Translations under genes and position numbers: made by a program | The notes under the pieces: generated by a model | Told to the model about the DNA's origin: nothing | What the model saw: only the letters and a program-made list of their open reading frames with translations | Databases searched by the model: none | In this document: positions 1 through 9,355 of the stretch, piece by piece | Layout: every line of letters begins with the position of its first letter | Position numbering within the stretch: position 1 is the stretch's first letter | Source: a virus | DNA length: 31,350 nucleotides | Direction: 5' to 3' (one strand) | Virus record (IMG/VR): IMGVR_UViG_3300037336_000148 | Coordinates: 1 to 31,350 of that record

Positions 1-127
1 CAAAAATTAGGTGGGGCAGCGCAAATTGCAGCAGTAGGAGTGCAGGGAGTTACAGCAGGAATGGCATTATTTGGGGATCAATCTGAAGACACCGAAAAAG
101 CATTGTTAAAAGTACAAAGTGCCATGG
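1..127. repeat. Terminal direct repeat, copy A (identical to 31224..31350)
   Basis: Bases 1-127 (caaaaattaggtgggg...aaagtgccatgg) recur exactly at 31224-31350. The repeat lies inside an open reading frame. Confidence 0.95.
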
Positions 128-1665
128 CATTTGCGGATGCTATTAGTAGCGTTTCTGATTTAGGCGGTCAATTTAGAGTACTAAAAGCATTAGTTGTAGA
201 AAGTACTTTAGTAAACAAAGCAAATGCAGCAGCGACAGCATTAGCTACCATATCACAAAGATTATTCGGTGTAGCAGTAAACACTACTTCAACAGGTTTT
301 AAGGTCTTAAAAGGCGCAATTGCTGCAACAGGAATTGGACTTCTAGTTGTAGGAGTTGTGGCATTAATACAAAACTTTGATAAGGTCAAAGAAGTAGCTT
401 TAAATTTTATTCCTGCACTTGCAAGTGTTGGCAAAACCATTAGTAATATTGTAAATAGTGTTACGGATTTTATAGGATTGACTTCTCAGACAGACAGGTT
501 ATTAGCAAAGTCTAAACAAAAAGCAGAGGAAAATATAGCGCAAAACGAAAGGTATCTTGAACGTAATGCTAGTACATTGTCAGAGTCTAGGAAAAAAGAA
601 ATAGAATTAAATAACGAACATTTTTCTAGAATAGCAGAAGGCAGATTTAGCGAAGCAGAAAGTTTACTAATTTATAACGAAGCTCAAAGAAAAGAAGTAA
701 GAGAAAAAAATAAAATACTTAACGACTTAGAAAAAGCAGCGCAAGAAAAAAGGAATGCAACTGCAAAAGCATTACGAGAAAAAGCAGCAGCGGCAAGAGC
801 AACAGCTATTGAAAAAGAAAAAGAGGAAGCATTAGCGGGTTTCAGACGCGCAGAAGATCAATTTGATCAAGGTTTAAAAGTACAAAAAGAAGCCTTAAAA
901 TCAACAGCAAATGCTTTACTAAGCGATAACGAGTTAAAAGTACAAACAGAAAACGAGGCTTTTGCAAAAAAATTAGAAATATTAAAAGTTTTTAATCAAA
1001 GCACAGAAGCAGTTGAGATAGAACATAAAAGAGTTTTAGCGCAATTAAATAATGAGTTTTTTGCGGGTGAAGCAGATAAAGCAAAGAAAACTGGAGAATC
1101 AAAAATTTTAATTGCAACGCAGGTTGCAGAAGCAGAAAATACAATACAACAAAAACAATTTGAAGTTGCTGAAAAAGGAATTTCTTTAATTAAGTCTTTG
1201 TTTGGTAGAAATAAGGTTATTCAAAAAGCATCTTTAATTGCTGAGTCGGCAATTGGAATTGCAAAAATGATAATAAGCACAAAGGCAGCAAACGCTGCTG
1301 CTGTTTTAAAATATGCGCTTTTACCTGGTGGTACAATATTAGCTGCTAAAGAATCTGTTTTAAATAATGTTAGTACTGGAATTGGTATTGCAGCAAACGT
1401 TGCAGCAACTGCAAAAGGATTACAGGCATTAGGCGGCGGCGGCGCTCCTAGTGCTCCTAGTTTAAACACAAGCGGTGGTGGTGGCGGTGTTCAAGCAGCA
1501 ACAGCCCCATCCGTATCGTTTAACAATACAGCAGAAAACCAAATAGGACAAAGTTTGGGTAAGGCACAAGCAAATCAACCAGCGCAAAGAGTTTTTGTGT
1601 TGGAATCAGATATTAAAGACGCAACAAATAATGTAAAAGCATTAGTAATAAAGAATAGTTTTTAA
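1..1665 (+). CDS. Tape-measure-like virion protein, 3-prime portion (continues from 30867..31350 across the circular junction; 673 codons in total)
   Basis: The frame is open from base 1; the track start at 40 is an internal GTG. The terminal repeat places it in frame with the ATG at 30867. Features typical of tape measure or ejection proteins: hydrophobic segment GAIAATGIGLLVVGVVALI, a long Ala/Lys/Glu/Gln coiled-coil middle, and Gly-rich GGGGAPSAPSLNTSGGGGG near the C-terminus. Confidence 0.55.
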   Translation, partial: QKLGGAAQIAAVGVQGVTAGMALFGDQSEDTEKALLKVQSAMAFADAISSVSDLGGQFRVLKALVVESTLVNKANAAATALATISQRLFGVAVNTTSTGFKVLKGAIAATGIGLLVVGVVALIQNFDKVKEVALNFIPALASVGKTISNIVNSVTDFIGLTSQTDRLLAKSKQKAEENIAQNERYLERNASTLSESRKKEIELNNEHFSRIAEGRFSEAESLLIYNEAQRKEVREKNKILNDLEKAAQEKRNATAKALREKAAAARATAIEKEKEEALAGFRRAEDQFDQGLKVQKEALKSTANALLSDNELKVQTENEAFAKKLEILKVFNQSTEAVEIEHKRVLAQLNNEFFAGEADKAKKTGESKILIATQVAEAENTIQQKQFEVAEKGISLIKSLFGRNKVIQKASLIAESAIGIAKMIISTKAANAAAVLKYALLPGGTILAAKESVLNNVSTGIGIAANVAATAKGLQALGGGGAPSAPSLNTSGGGGGVQAATAPSVSFNNTAENQIGQSLGKAQANQPAQRVFVLESDIKDATNNVKALVIKNSF

Positions 1666-1667
1666 TA

Positions 1668-1702
1668 TAAATTTGTTTATTAATTAAAAAGTATTATATT
1701 TG
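1668..1702 (+). promoter_or_regulatory. Two tandem Bacteroidota-type -7 boxes (TAAATTTG 1668-1675, TATATTTG 1695-1702)
   Basis: Both match the TAnnTTTG consensus and sit in the intergenic region. Each lies within the repeated context atttgtttatta. The motif is AT-rich, so chance matches are possible. Confidence 0.35.
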
Positions 1703-1762
1703 TTTATTATTTAAAAAATGTGAAGATGCATTTTACCAATTTATTTTTTTTAGTTGTAAATT

Positions 1763-1795
1763 AAAGTCATGCCTTTATCCGGTATGACTTTTTTT
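1763..1795 (+). terminator. Rho-independent terminator-like hairpin
   Basis: Stem AAAGTCATGCC / GGTATGACTTT (one G-U pair), 7-nt loop, then a T-run ending at 1795. Confidence 0.7.
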
Positions 1796-1807
1796 GTTTA
1801 AAAAATT

Positions 1808-2842
1808 ATGAAGAACTACGAACTAAAATACACTATCGGAGAAAAGGGATTATTTAGAATGTCCACAGTAGAAAGTCCTGCTTTAAAAACAGTTCTACTA
1901 ATGTTTGACAGTCAAGAGAAATTACTGCAATTTGCCGACGACGAAAAACAAATTATCTATTCGGTTGCTATGCGGCCAAATGTACTCATACCTAGAAAAG
2001 AAATAAACGGAGAGCCTGCTATGGTTTTTTATAGTGAGGAAACCGTTTATAATTTACAAAAAAACTTCTTTAAAAACAACAGCCACAACGGGGCAACAGT
2101 AAACCATGATGGAAAAGTACGTAATGATATGTACATTTTTGAGAGTTGGATTGTTGTTGATCCTATTAGAGATAAAGCCGCAGTTTTAGGACTAGAAGTT
2201 ATAAAAGGTGATTTAGTCATGGCGCAAAGCGTAGAAAATCCCGAAGTATGGGCTGACATTAAGTCAGGAAAATTAACAGGTTTCTCAATAGAGGCTTACT
2301 TAGAACCAGTATTAACAGAACAAAAAAATATAGAAATGACAGACGAAGAATTTACAGCGCGTGTTAAGAAAGTCTTAATGGCTGAGGAACTTGGAGATAT
2401 GTATATGGTAGGCGAAAAGGCTTACTATTTAGATAAAAAAGAAATTGGAGGTTTATTAACCGACATTGACGGTGTACCATTTGCAAGTATTACAGAAACT
2501 ATTGACGGACTTGTAATGACAACAGATGAAAACGGTTTAGTAGTAGATGCCGTTGCAGCAGAAGCTAAAGTAGTAGAAGCTAGTAAGGACGAAATGAAAA
2601 TGAAAGAGGACATGAAAATGATGGACGACTTACAAGCGGAAAACAACGACTTAAAAGCGCAAATCGTAGCTTTAAAAGACGGTAGCACGATGATGTCAAA
2701 AGAATATGCTGCGGCTAAAAAAGTAGCTCTTAAAATGTCAGAGGAGATGTTAAGAGGTATTAAGCCTAACCCTGATGGATTGCCTGCAAAACCAATGTCA
2801 GCATTGGAAAAATTTAGAGAATATAAAAAAACCAATAAATAA
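1808..2842 (+). CDS. XkdF-like prohead protease fused to a helical scaffold-like C-terminal half
   Basis: The N-terminal ~170 aa resemble the PBSX XkdF family (IIYSVAMRPN, FESWIV, GDLVMAQSVENPEVWADIKSGKLTGFSIEA). The C-terminal half is acidic and Met/Lys-rich helical (KDEMKMKEDMKMMDDLQAENNDLKAQIVALK). It lies directly upstream of the capsid gene. Confidence 0.7.
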   Translation: MKNYELKYTIGEKGLFRMSTVESPALKTVLLMFDSQEKLLQFADDEKQIIYSVAMRPNVLIPRKEINGEPAMVFYSEETVYNLQKNFFKNNSHNGATVNHDGKVRNDMYIFESWIVVDPIRDKAAVLGLEVIKGDLVMAQSVENPEVWADIKSGKLTGFSIEAYLEPVLTEQKNIEMTDEEFTARVKKVLMAEELGDMYMVGEKAYYLDKKEIGGLLTDIDGVPFASITETIDGLVMTTDENGLVVDAVAAEAKVVEASKDEMKMKEDMKMMDDLQAENNDLKAQIVALKDGSTMMSKEYAAAKKVALKMSEEMLRGIKPNPDGLPAKPMSALEKFREYKKTNK

Positions 2843-2848
2843 TAAATT

Positions 2849-3865
2849 ATGCCAATAAGTTATAGCCCAATATCAATAAGAGGCAAGGCGGTAGAGCCTA
2901 TCATCCAAGAAATCTTTTTTGCAAATAAAACGATTCAAAAAAGTTTAGTAAATTTTGCAGACGACGTAAAAGCATCTACAATAATTACTGAAACCGCAGT
3001 AACGGTGCAAGGTCAAAAGTATACTGGAGAAAGACTTAATTCATTAGGTGGTCCAGTACTTAGAGATCGCTTAGCAAACCCAAAAAAGATTGAGTATAAG
3101 TACACATTTAAAATGGAGGACTTACGTCAATCTCGTTTTAATCGTGATATGGCAACAGGTGCGTTTAACATTGACAGTTCGGATTTTAACACACAAGTTT
3201 TGCAATTAACAGGCCCAAAAACTTCTCAAGATGCACAGTTAAAGTTTTGGTCAGGTTTTTCTGCTGCAACTAAAGCATCTATTGCGGGATTAACAGCAGG
3301 TGCGGGACAGGGTAGCATTTCAGCATCAGCAAAAGCAGCGGTTGCAGGATTTGCAGCAGACGCAGCAGATATTGACGGTGTATTGTCAAGAGTTTTATTT
3401 GATGAGACAGCCTTGGGAGCTTATATTAAAGTAGCGGGTACAACATTTACTGTTGCAAATATTGCCACAGAATACGGAAAAATCTTTGGAGCTGCAAGAC
3501 CTGAGTCTTTTGAAGCAGTTGAATTACCTATTATGTATGCACCTTACGCACACAGACAATTAATTTTAACAGCAAACAATTCAGTAGGTGCTGCACAACA
3601 AGTTAACTTTTTAGTTGTTGGAACAGGAGCAAACGAAGTGATCTCTTATAACGGTGTTGTAATTGAATTTGTACCGTTTCCAACAGGTTTTGTTTATTTA
3701 CAAAGACCATCCGTTATTTTCTTTTCAACAGATGCAACATCAGACGTAGCGGCATTTGAAACAGGGAAAGTTGACAACGATAGTGATGTAATGTTTGTAA
3801 GAACTATCTACACACTAGACGCAACTGTTATGGCTCATCCTGACGGTGTTTTATACGGTGGATAA
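2849..3865 (+). CDS. Major capsid protein (assigned by position and size)
   Basis: 338 aa, immediately after the protease/scaffold gene and followed by a strong terminator. No motif-level proof was possible by eye. Confidence 0.6.
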   Translation: MPISYSPISIRGKAVEPIIQEIFFANKTIQKSLVNFADDVKASTIITETAVTVQGQKYTGERLNSLGGPVLRDRLANPKKIEYKYTFKMEDLRQSRFNRDMATGAFNIDSSDFNTQVLQLTGPKTSQDAQLKFWSGFSAATKASIAGLTAGAGQGSISASAKAAVAGFAADAADIDGVLSRVLFDETALGAYIKVAGTTFTVANIATEYGKIFGAARPESFEAVELPIMYAPYAHRQLILTANNSVGAAQQVNFLVVGTGANEVISYNGVVIEFVPFPTGFVYLQRPSVIFFSTDATSDVAAFETGKVDNDSDVMFVRTIYTLDATVMAHPDGVLYGG

Positions 3866-3875
3866 TAATAATAAT

Positions 3876-3899
3876 AAGGGTATGTAATGTACCCTTTTT
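3876..3899 (+). terminator. Rho-independent terminator after the capsid gene
   Basis: Stem AAGGGTA / TACCCTT, 7-nt loop, followed by TTT. Confidence 0.7.
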
Positions 3900-3913
3900 A
3901 AAAAAATAACATC

Positions 3914-4297
3914 ATGCCTATAACAAATTTAGGAGCGCAAAATAGTCTTTCTGATTTACAATTGCCTACAGCATATAACAGGCCTAGTATTGTAACTTTT
4001 GCAGACTTCGAATACATTAGAACGGTTGTTTTAAATATTCCAAAAGCAACAGTAGAAACTGCAACAGCACAAGGCACAATGTTAGCAATTTTTAACAATG
4101 CAACAGTAGGAATTAATAAGCAAATTGTTGATTTAATTGCAGCGGAATTTTTAGCAACACCAGTAGTAACAACTTTTGGTTCTTTAATTTCTTTAACTAC
4201 AAACGTAGAAGTAGGAAATTTTCAAGATCAAACATATTTAACAAATCAAGTGGTTGCATATCGTGCAACAGTACAGATTTTTGTAAAATCAATATAA
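3914..4297 (+). CDS. Hypothetical protein in the head module
   Basis: 127-aa ORF with an ATG start, tightly packed (next gene starts 2 nt after its stop). No recognisable motif. Confidence 0.6.
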   Translation: MPITNLGAQNSLSDLQLPTAYNRPSIVTFADFEYIRTVVLNIPKATVETATAQGTMLAIFNNATVGINKQIVDLIAAEFLATPVVTTFGSLISLTTNVEVGNFQDQTYLTNQVVAYRATVQIFVKSI

Positions 4298-4298
4298 A

Positions 4299-4811
4299 AT
4301 GAGTCTAACAAAATCAAGATTAGTAAGTAGGAAAGCACCAATGAAAGGGATAAAATCCGTTTTCTTTGCGCCTTTTTTAGCATCAACTCCCGTGGTAAAT
4401 ACGGTAACAGGTGTAGTTGCTTTGCCCGCAATTATAAACGCTCTTAGCGTAACAAAAGTAGAGGTAAAAGCAGCAGGAAACAACATTGTAGAAACCTCAA
4501 CATTTGACGAGGCTACACGAACAAACGAGATCGTAGGAGTTTTAACATTTTTTGTAAACGGTAATGATTTATCTTTAAGAAATGAAATTACAACAGACTC
4601 AGGAATTTTAAAAACTATTTTTGTAGAGGATTACAACGGTGTAATTCGTGTTTTAGGATCGCAAAATGGTTGTGATGTAATGACACTAGTAGGTGGATCA
4701 GACTTACAAGGATTTACAGTAACAATAAATTCAAAAGAAGTAGATTTAGCATTTACATTAGCACCGCTGGGGGTTATTGCTTTAAACGCTGCATTATTAC
4801 CAGTACAATAA
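4299..4811 (+). CDS. Structural protein, possibly a major tail/tube subunit
   Basis: 170 aa, beta-rich composition, followed by its own strong terminator as expected for an abundant virion component. The functional assignment is a guess. Confidence 0.35.
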   Translation: MSLTKSRLVSRKAPMKGIKSVFFAPFLASTPVVNTVTGVVALPAIINALSVTKVEVKAAGNNIVETSTFDEATRTNEIVGVLTFFVNGNDLSLRNEITTDSGILKTIFVEDYNGVIRVLGSQNGCDVMTLVGGSDLQGFTVTINSKEVDLAFTLAPLGVIALNAALLPVQ

Positions 4812-4817
4812 ATATTT

Positions 4818-4845
4818 AACGCTTAACAATTGTTAGGCGTTTTTT
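4818..4845 (+). terminator. Rho-independent terminator
   Basis: Near-perfect palindrome AACGCTTAAC-AATT-GTTAGGCGTT (one G-U pair) followed by TTTTT. Confidence 0.7.
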
Positions 4846-4859
4846 AAATAAATTTATAA

Positions 4860-5189
4860 ATGGATATTTTAAGAATAAACACTTTGCCATCATTTGAAAT
4901 TGTATCACGTTATAAATTAAATATAGCTTTGCAATTGCGTTTCCTGCTTATAAATGAATTTACAAAATTATCAAGTGAGATAATCGCAAACGTTACATTA
5001 TTAGAAAATGATAACTATAAAGTTACATTATTATCTTTTCCAATATCCCAAATTGGTAATAAATTTAGTTATACTTTGATAGAAAATTTAAGTCTTAAAA
5101 TAGTATCTTTAGGTAAAATTTTAGTAGTATCAGAAACGCAAAACGTGCAGGAATATACTAAGCTACAAAATACTAAATTTTACAACTAA
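4860..5189 (+). CDS. Hypothetical protein
   Basis: 109-aa ORF whose stop overlaps the next start (TAATG). Confidence 0.55.
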   Translation: MDILRINTLPSFEIVSRYKLNIALQLRFLLINEFTKLSSEIIANVTLLENDNYKVTLLSFPISQIGNKFSYTLIENLSLKIVSLGKILVVSETQNVQEYTKLQNTKFYN

Positions 5190-6298
5190 TGACAAAAAAA
5201 AATATAAATCTTGTTCAATTTTCTGCTTACGAAACAGGCGTTAAAAGACCATCAGTAGGAAAAGAATACACCTTAAACGGTAAAAATAATATAAACTTTA
5301 AAAAATATAGAGATTCTTACGATGACAGCCCTACCAATTCTTTTATAATTAAGACAATTGTAAATTATATTGTAGGTAAAGGACTTGTAGACAAAAGCGG
5401 ATCGCTTAAACCACATGAATTTTTAGCAAAAGGAGATTTGCGCAAAATAGTTTTAGACTTTAAAAGGGATGGTTCGGCATTTATTCAGTCTATAAATTTT
5501 GAGGGTAACGTAGTTAAATTTTTACACACACCTAATATTAGAATGGGTTTAAATGTAAATATAGATGCACGGGATGAAAGATACATGGAGGTTGACGGTT
5601 ATTGGTATTGCTGGGATTATACAAGAGAAGGAGAGTTCCCTCCTAGACCTTACCCAATGTTTAGCAAGTACGACAATGATAACCCTATTGAGATATTACA
5701 TTTAAAAATATTAAGCTCAGAGCCTTACTTTCCTTTTCCTGATTGGTTTAGTGGCTTTAAAAGCGCTAAAATAGAAAGTGCATTAATTGATGATGCGGTT
5801 AATCATGTGATGCGTGGATTTCAGGGAAAAACTATTATAAATATTAATAGTGGTGGCCTAATGGATGAAGATGAAAAAAAAGAAATATCTAAAAAAATAG
5901 GAGACGACTATACAGGAACTGAAAACGGAGATGGTGTTATAATTTCTGTAAACGAAAGCGCAAACGAAGCTATAATTATAGATACAATAGAACCACGAGG
6001 ACGTAACGAGCAATTTGTAACTTATGATGAAACTTGCGAAATTAAATTAATGGCAGCACATCAGGCTATGAATATATTATTTTCCAGACCTGGTAGCAAT
6101 GGATTTTCTAGCAATGCGGACGAGATAGCAACAGCAACAGATTCATTATATTTAAGCACTATTAACCCTATAAGAGATGAATTAATAGAATATCTAAACG
6201 AAATGTTTAGAAAAATTAATCCTAATGCCGATATTGATTTTATAAACTTTGGTCAAGAAAAAATAATTGTTTCAGATACAAATATAACAAATGAATAA
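5189..6298 (+). CDS. Portal-like protein (tentative)
   Basis: 369 aa, within the size range of HK97/PBSX-type portals. The C-terminal stretch EIKLMAAHQAMNILFSRPGSNGFSSNADEIATATDSLYLSTINPIRDELIEYLNEMF resembles the conserved portal core pattern. Not verified. Confidence 0.45.
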   Translation: MTKKNINLVQFSAYETGVKRPSVGKEYTLNGKNNINFKKYRDSYDDSPTNSFIIKTIVNYIVGKGLVDKSGSLKPHEFLAKGDLRKIVLDFKRDGSAFIQSINFEGNVVKFLHTPNIRMGLNVNIDARDERYMEVDGYWYCWDYTREGEFPPRPYPMFSKYDNDNPIEILHLKILSSEPYFPFPDWFSGFKSAKIESALIDDAVNHVMRGFQGKTIININSGGLMDEDEKKEISKKIGDDYTGTENGDGVIISVNESANEAIIIDTIEPRGRNEQFVTYDETCEIKLMAAHQAMNILFSRPGSNGFSSNADEIATATDSLYLSTINPIRDELIEYLNEMFRKINPNADIDFINFGQEKIIVSDTNITNE

Positions 6299-6827
6299 AT
6301 TATTAACTAATATAGAAAACATAGCAAAATTAAGCGGGTTTGATGGAAATATAGACAACGATTCTATTAATCCTTTTATTTTTATGGCTGAAAGTACTGA
6401 AATTAAAAGGGTGTTAGGTAATCCTTTGTATTTAAAAATTAAGACTGATTTTAATAATGATAGTTTGCAAAATGAATACCTAGCATTATTTAATGACTAC
6501 ATAGAATTAATATTATCTTATTACACTTGTAGTTTTTATTTGCAGTTAGGCATAATTAAGGTAAGCCAAAATGGAGCGTATCTAGTAACACCTGAACGTA
6601 CGCAACAGTCATCTGAAGAATTAGTCAAAATGGCTGACAAGTATGAAAAATTAGCGTTAGGATTAGAAATAAAAATGCAAGAACACTTGGAGGAGTTAAA
6701 TTTGCCTGAAAGACCTTCTAACAGTAGAATAAAAGTAAAGACTTCTTTAAATTGGATCAAACCAGAAAAATTTGACAATGAGTATAATCACGATAAATGT
6801 AGACCTACCCAACACGGGACAAGGTGA
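6291..6827 (+). CDS. Hypothetical protein (head-completion/adaptor candidate by position)
   Basis: 178-aa ORF that overlaps both neighbouring genes. No motif recognised. Confidence 0.5.
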   Translation: MNKLLTNIENIAKLSGFDGNIDNDSINPFIFMAESTEIKRVLGNPLYLKIKTDFNNDSLQNEYLALFNDYIELILSYYTCSFYLQLGIIKVSQNGAYLVTPERTQQSSEELVKMADKYEKLALGLEIKMQEHLEELNLPERPSNSRIKVKTSLNWIKPEKFDNEYNHDKCRPTQHGTR

Positions 6828-7254
6828 TCCTTTAAGAAATGCATTTATAGCTGTTAATACTATGTTTGCAGAACTTTACAATCAAAAAGTAGACAAAATA
6901 GCAGGTCAAGGGCTAAGCGAAAATAATTTTACAACATCGTTGCAAACTAAATTAAATAACGTTGCAGAAGGTGCAGAAGTAAACGTACAGAGCAACCTGC
7001 AAGAAGAGGACGAGACACAAGACAGTTATGTTTTAGGTCAAGATGTATTCTTTAGCCTAGAGAGAACACCCGCAAGAATTGAAACATTTGCAGGAATAAG
7101 CGTATTTGAAATTCAAGTAGGTTTAACCGTTGATAGAGTTTTACTTAACAGAGCCGAACTTTTTGAGGTTGACGAGTGGTCACAAACAGGAACAACTTTA
7201 ACGATTACAAAAACAATGTTTGCAGGAAACCGCATACAAATAAACTTTTTTTAA
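6772..7254 (+). CDS. Tail-fibre-associated protein
   Basis: The N-terminus TGQGDPLRNAFIAVNTMFAELY matches the GD.LR..F.K.N.NF.EL motif common at the N-termini of phage fibre/structural proteins. It lies directly upstream of the tail fibre. An alternative ATG is at 6778. Confidence 0.45.
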   Translation: MTMSIITINVDLPNTGQGDPLRNAFIAVNTMFAELYNQKVDKIAGQGLSENNFTTSLQTKLNNVAEGAEVNVQSNLQEEDETQDSYVLGQDVFFSLERTPARIETFAGISVFEIQVGLTVDRVLLNRAELFEVDEWSQTGTTLTITKTMFAGNRIQINFF

Positions 7255-7255
7255 T

Positions 7256-8590
7256 ATGAAAAAATTACTTTTACTTTTATTACCATTTTTTGCGATGGCT
7301 CAAAGCCCTGATGCAACGCAAATAGAAAATATATTATTGCTTAATAATACAAAACAAAATTCAGCAACTAGAGTTATTGTTCAGGATTCTATTACTAAAG
7401 AATTAAAGTTTGTTTTAAGAGCTAGTTTAGTACCACAAGCCAACGCAAGCACAAGCGGAACGGTAAGGACTACAACGGCTGAAGTAAACCCACAGGTTTA
7501 CACTATTGGAATTGTAGATAATAAATTAGATGCTAAATTGAACGTTAATCAAAAGGGTGCACTTAATGGAGTTGCTACATTAAACTCTATTGGTAAAATC
7601 CCCAATGAACAAATCCCAGCGGTTGCAATTTCTGAAACATTTCCTATATCTTCTGAAGCGCAAATGATTGCTTTAAGTCAAGCAGAGCAGGGAGATATTG
7701 CCATTAGATCAGACGTTAGCAAGGCTTTCATATTAAGACAAAGTCCTTCGTCTGTTTTAGGCAATTGGAGTGAATTATTAACACCTGCAAGTACGGTTAC
7801 AAGTGTAGCGGGTAGAGTTGGAGCGGTTATTTTAAACAGTACTGATGTAGGATTAGGTAACGTAAATAATACAAGTGATGCTAATAAGCCTATTTCAAGC
7901 GCAATGCAAACCGCTTTAAATTCTAAAATATCAGGATCAGGCATAACAAACCAACTGGCAAGATTTACCGCTAGTGGGGCGGTAGGTAATAGTTCTATAT
8001 TTGATAATGGGAATGTAGGCATAAACCAACTTAACCCAACAGAAAGACTTGATGTAGTAGGTAATGGAAAGTTTAGTGGTAGATTAATTATATCTAATCC
8101 AGTTGCATTAACTAACACAGTTGCTTCTGGAGACAATTTTATATCTTATATATCGGGTGCAAAAAGCGCAAATATTGGGTATAATAACGCTATAGGTGCA
8201 TTTAATGTTATAGATGGTGATGTAAAAACAATGGTACACAATAGTGGCAATTTCTCAATAGGGAACGGAACGGTTGATGAGGGGTCTAAATTATTTGTTG
8301 TAGGAAATGGGAAGTTTAGTGGTACGGTAACGGCAACGTCATTTTTCCAATCCTCAGACATTCGCTTAAAAAATATCATAAAACGTGATGGTGATGTTAT
8401 TTATTTTACTTGGAAAAACAAACGAGACAATAAAACTCACATAGGCTACATAGCGCAAAAAGTAAGAGCAAAAAATCCAGAGCAAGTACAAAAAGATGAT
8501 AAAGGTTATTTATCCGTAAATTACATAGAAATCCTAGTAGAGAAAATTAGAAATTTAGAGAAAGAAATTGAAATCCTAAAAGCTAAATAA
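7256..8590 (+). CDS. Tail fibre with C-terminal intramolecular chaperone (peptidase S74) domain
   Basis: C-terminus SSDIRLKNI...IGYIAQKVRAKNPEQV...LSVNYIEILVEKIRNLEKEIEILK fits the S74 auto-cleaving chaperone signature (S-D-x-R-x-K). Fibre repeat motifs are present (NGVATLNSIGKIPNEQIP, VTSVAGRVGAVILNSTDVGLGNVNNTS, VVGNGKFSG twice). Confidence 0.8.
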   Translation: MKKLLLLLLPFFAMAQSPDATQIENILLLNNTKQNSATRVIVQDSITKELKFVLRASLVPQANASTSGTVRTTTAEVNPQVYTIGIVDNKLDAKLNVNQKGALNGVATLNSIGKIPNEQIPAVAISETFPISSEAQMIALSQAEQGDIAIRSDVSKAFILRQSPSSVLGNWSELLTPASTVTSVAGRVGAVILNSTDVGLGNVNNTSDANKPISSAMQTALNSKISGSGITNQLARFTASGAVGNSSIFDNGNVGINQLNPTERLDVVGNGKFSGRLIISNPVALTNTVASGDNFISYISGAKSANIGYNNAIGAFNVIDGDVKTMVHNSGNFSIGNGTVDEGSKLFVVGNGKFSGTVTATSFFQSSDIRLKNIIKRDGDVIYFTWKNKRDNKTHIGYIAQKVRAKNPEQVQKDDKGYLSVNYIEILVEKIRNLEKEIEILKAK

Positions 8591-9093
8591 TGAAGTATTT
8601 ATTAATATTATTTACAATATTGGCAATCGGTCAAACCGATAATCAAATGGTAACATTTACGCAAGCGTCAAATTTAGGTTTTAATCTTAAAAGCGGTCAA
8701 AGTAACGTAACAAGTAATCAATGCATGACCAAGAGTGCCGCACTAGCTAAATACAACTTAAACGCTAATTTTATGAGCGAATATATTGATAACCAATTAG
8801 TACCACGAAGTACTTGGGTAAATAATTCTTTCCAAGGAGTGCCTTTTTTTACTAACTTTACAACTTATAATAATAATTCAGAAGCCTGTAATGAAACTAG
8901 CTTTTTAGGAGATACTAGATACACAATTTCAGGTTTAGCAGTTGGAGTGAAAATTTTTTCTGATGAAGCTTGTACACAAGAAATTACTATATTAGATGAA
9001 TTTAGAGTGGCTTTGCAAGGTGAGAATAAATTTTCTTTTCGCGGAGGAGGAGCAAATAACACAATATCTACATTATTTAATTGCACACAATAA
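8590..9093 (+). CDS. Hypothetical protein with a signal-peptide-like N-terminus
   Basis: N-terminus MKYLLILFTILAIGQ, four Cys residues and many N-x-S/T sites. Its start overlaps the fibre stop (TAATG). Confidence 0.55.
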   Translation: MKYLLILFTILAIGQTDNQMVTFTQASNLGFNLKSGQSNVTSNQCMTKSAALAKYNLNANFMSEYIDNQLVPRSTWVNNSFQGVPFFTNFTTYNNNSEACNETSFLGDTRYTISGLAVGVKIFSDEACTQEITILDEFRVALQGENKFSFRGGGANNTISTLFNCTQ

Positions 9094-9105
9094 ATATAAA
9101 TAAAA

Positions 9106-9330
9106 ATGAAACAATCAAAATTTTTTAGCCTAAACTGGCTAGATGCCGCAAAAGCATTATTACTATTAGTAATTGCTACAATTTTAAATTTTATTCAAGA
9201 AACATTTATTCCTAGTTTAAATGTGTCGCCCGAGATTAAAGCATTACTTTTGTTAGTAGTTTCTTATATCATTAAAAACTTCTTTACACCAAATGAGGAC
9301 GATAAATTGCCAGAAACTTTAAAGAGATAA
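9106..9330 (+). CDS. Holin candidate (two predicted TM helices)
   Basis: 74 aa with two hydrophobic segments (AAKALLLLVIATILNFI, IKALLLLVVSYIIKNFF) and a charged C-terminus. It lies upstream of the endolysin. Confidence 0.45.
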   Translation: MKQSKFFSLNWLDAAKALLLLVIATILNFIQETFIPSLNVSPEIKALLLLVVSYIIKNFFTPNEDDKLPETLKR

Positions 9331-9355
9331 TTTTAAATGCCCTACTTAACCTACT

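Noticed and set aside
1-127. Terminal repeat as a genuine phage direct terminal repeat or cos region
   Set aside because: It lies inside a continuous ORF, and its length equals a common maximum assembler k-mer. An assembly signature of circularity is the more parsimonious reading. This cannot be fully excluded without reads.
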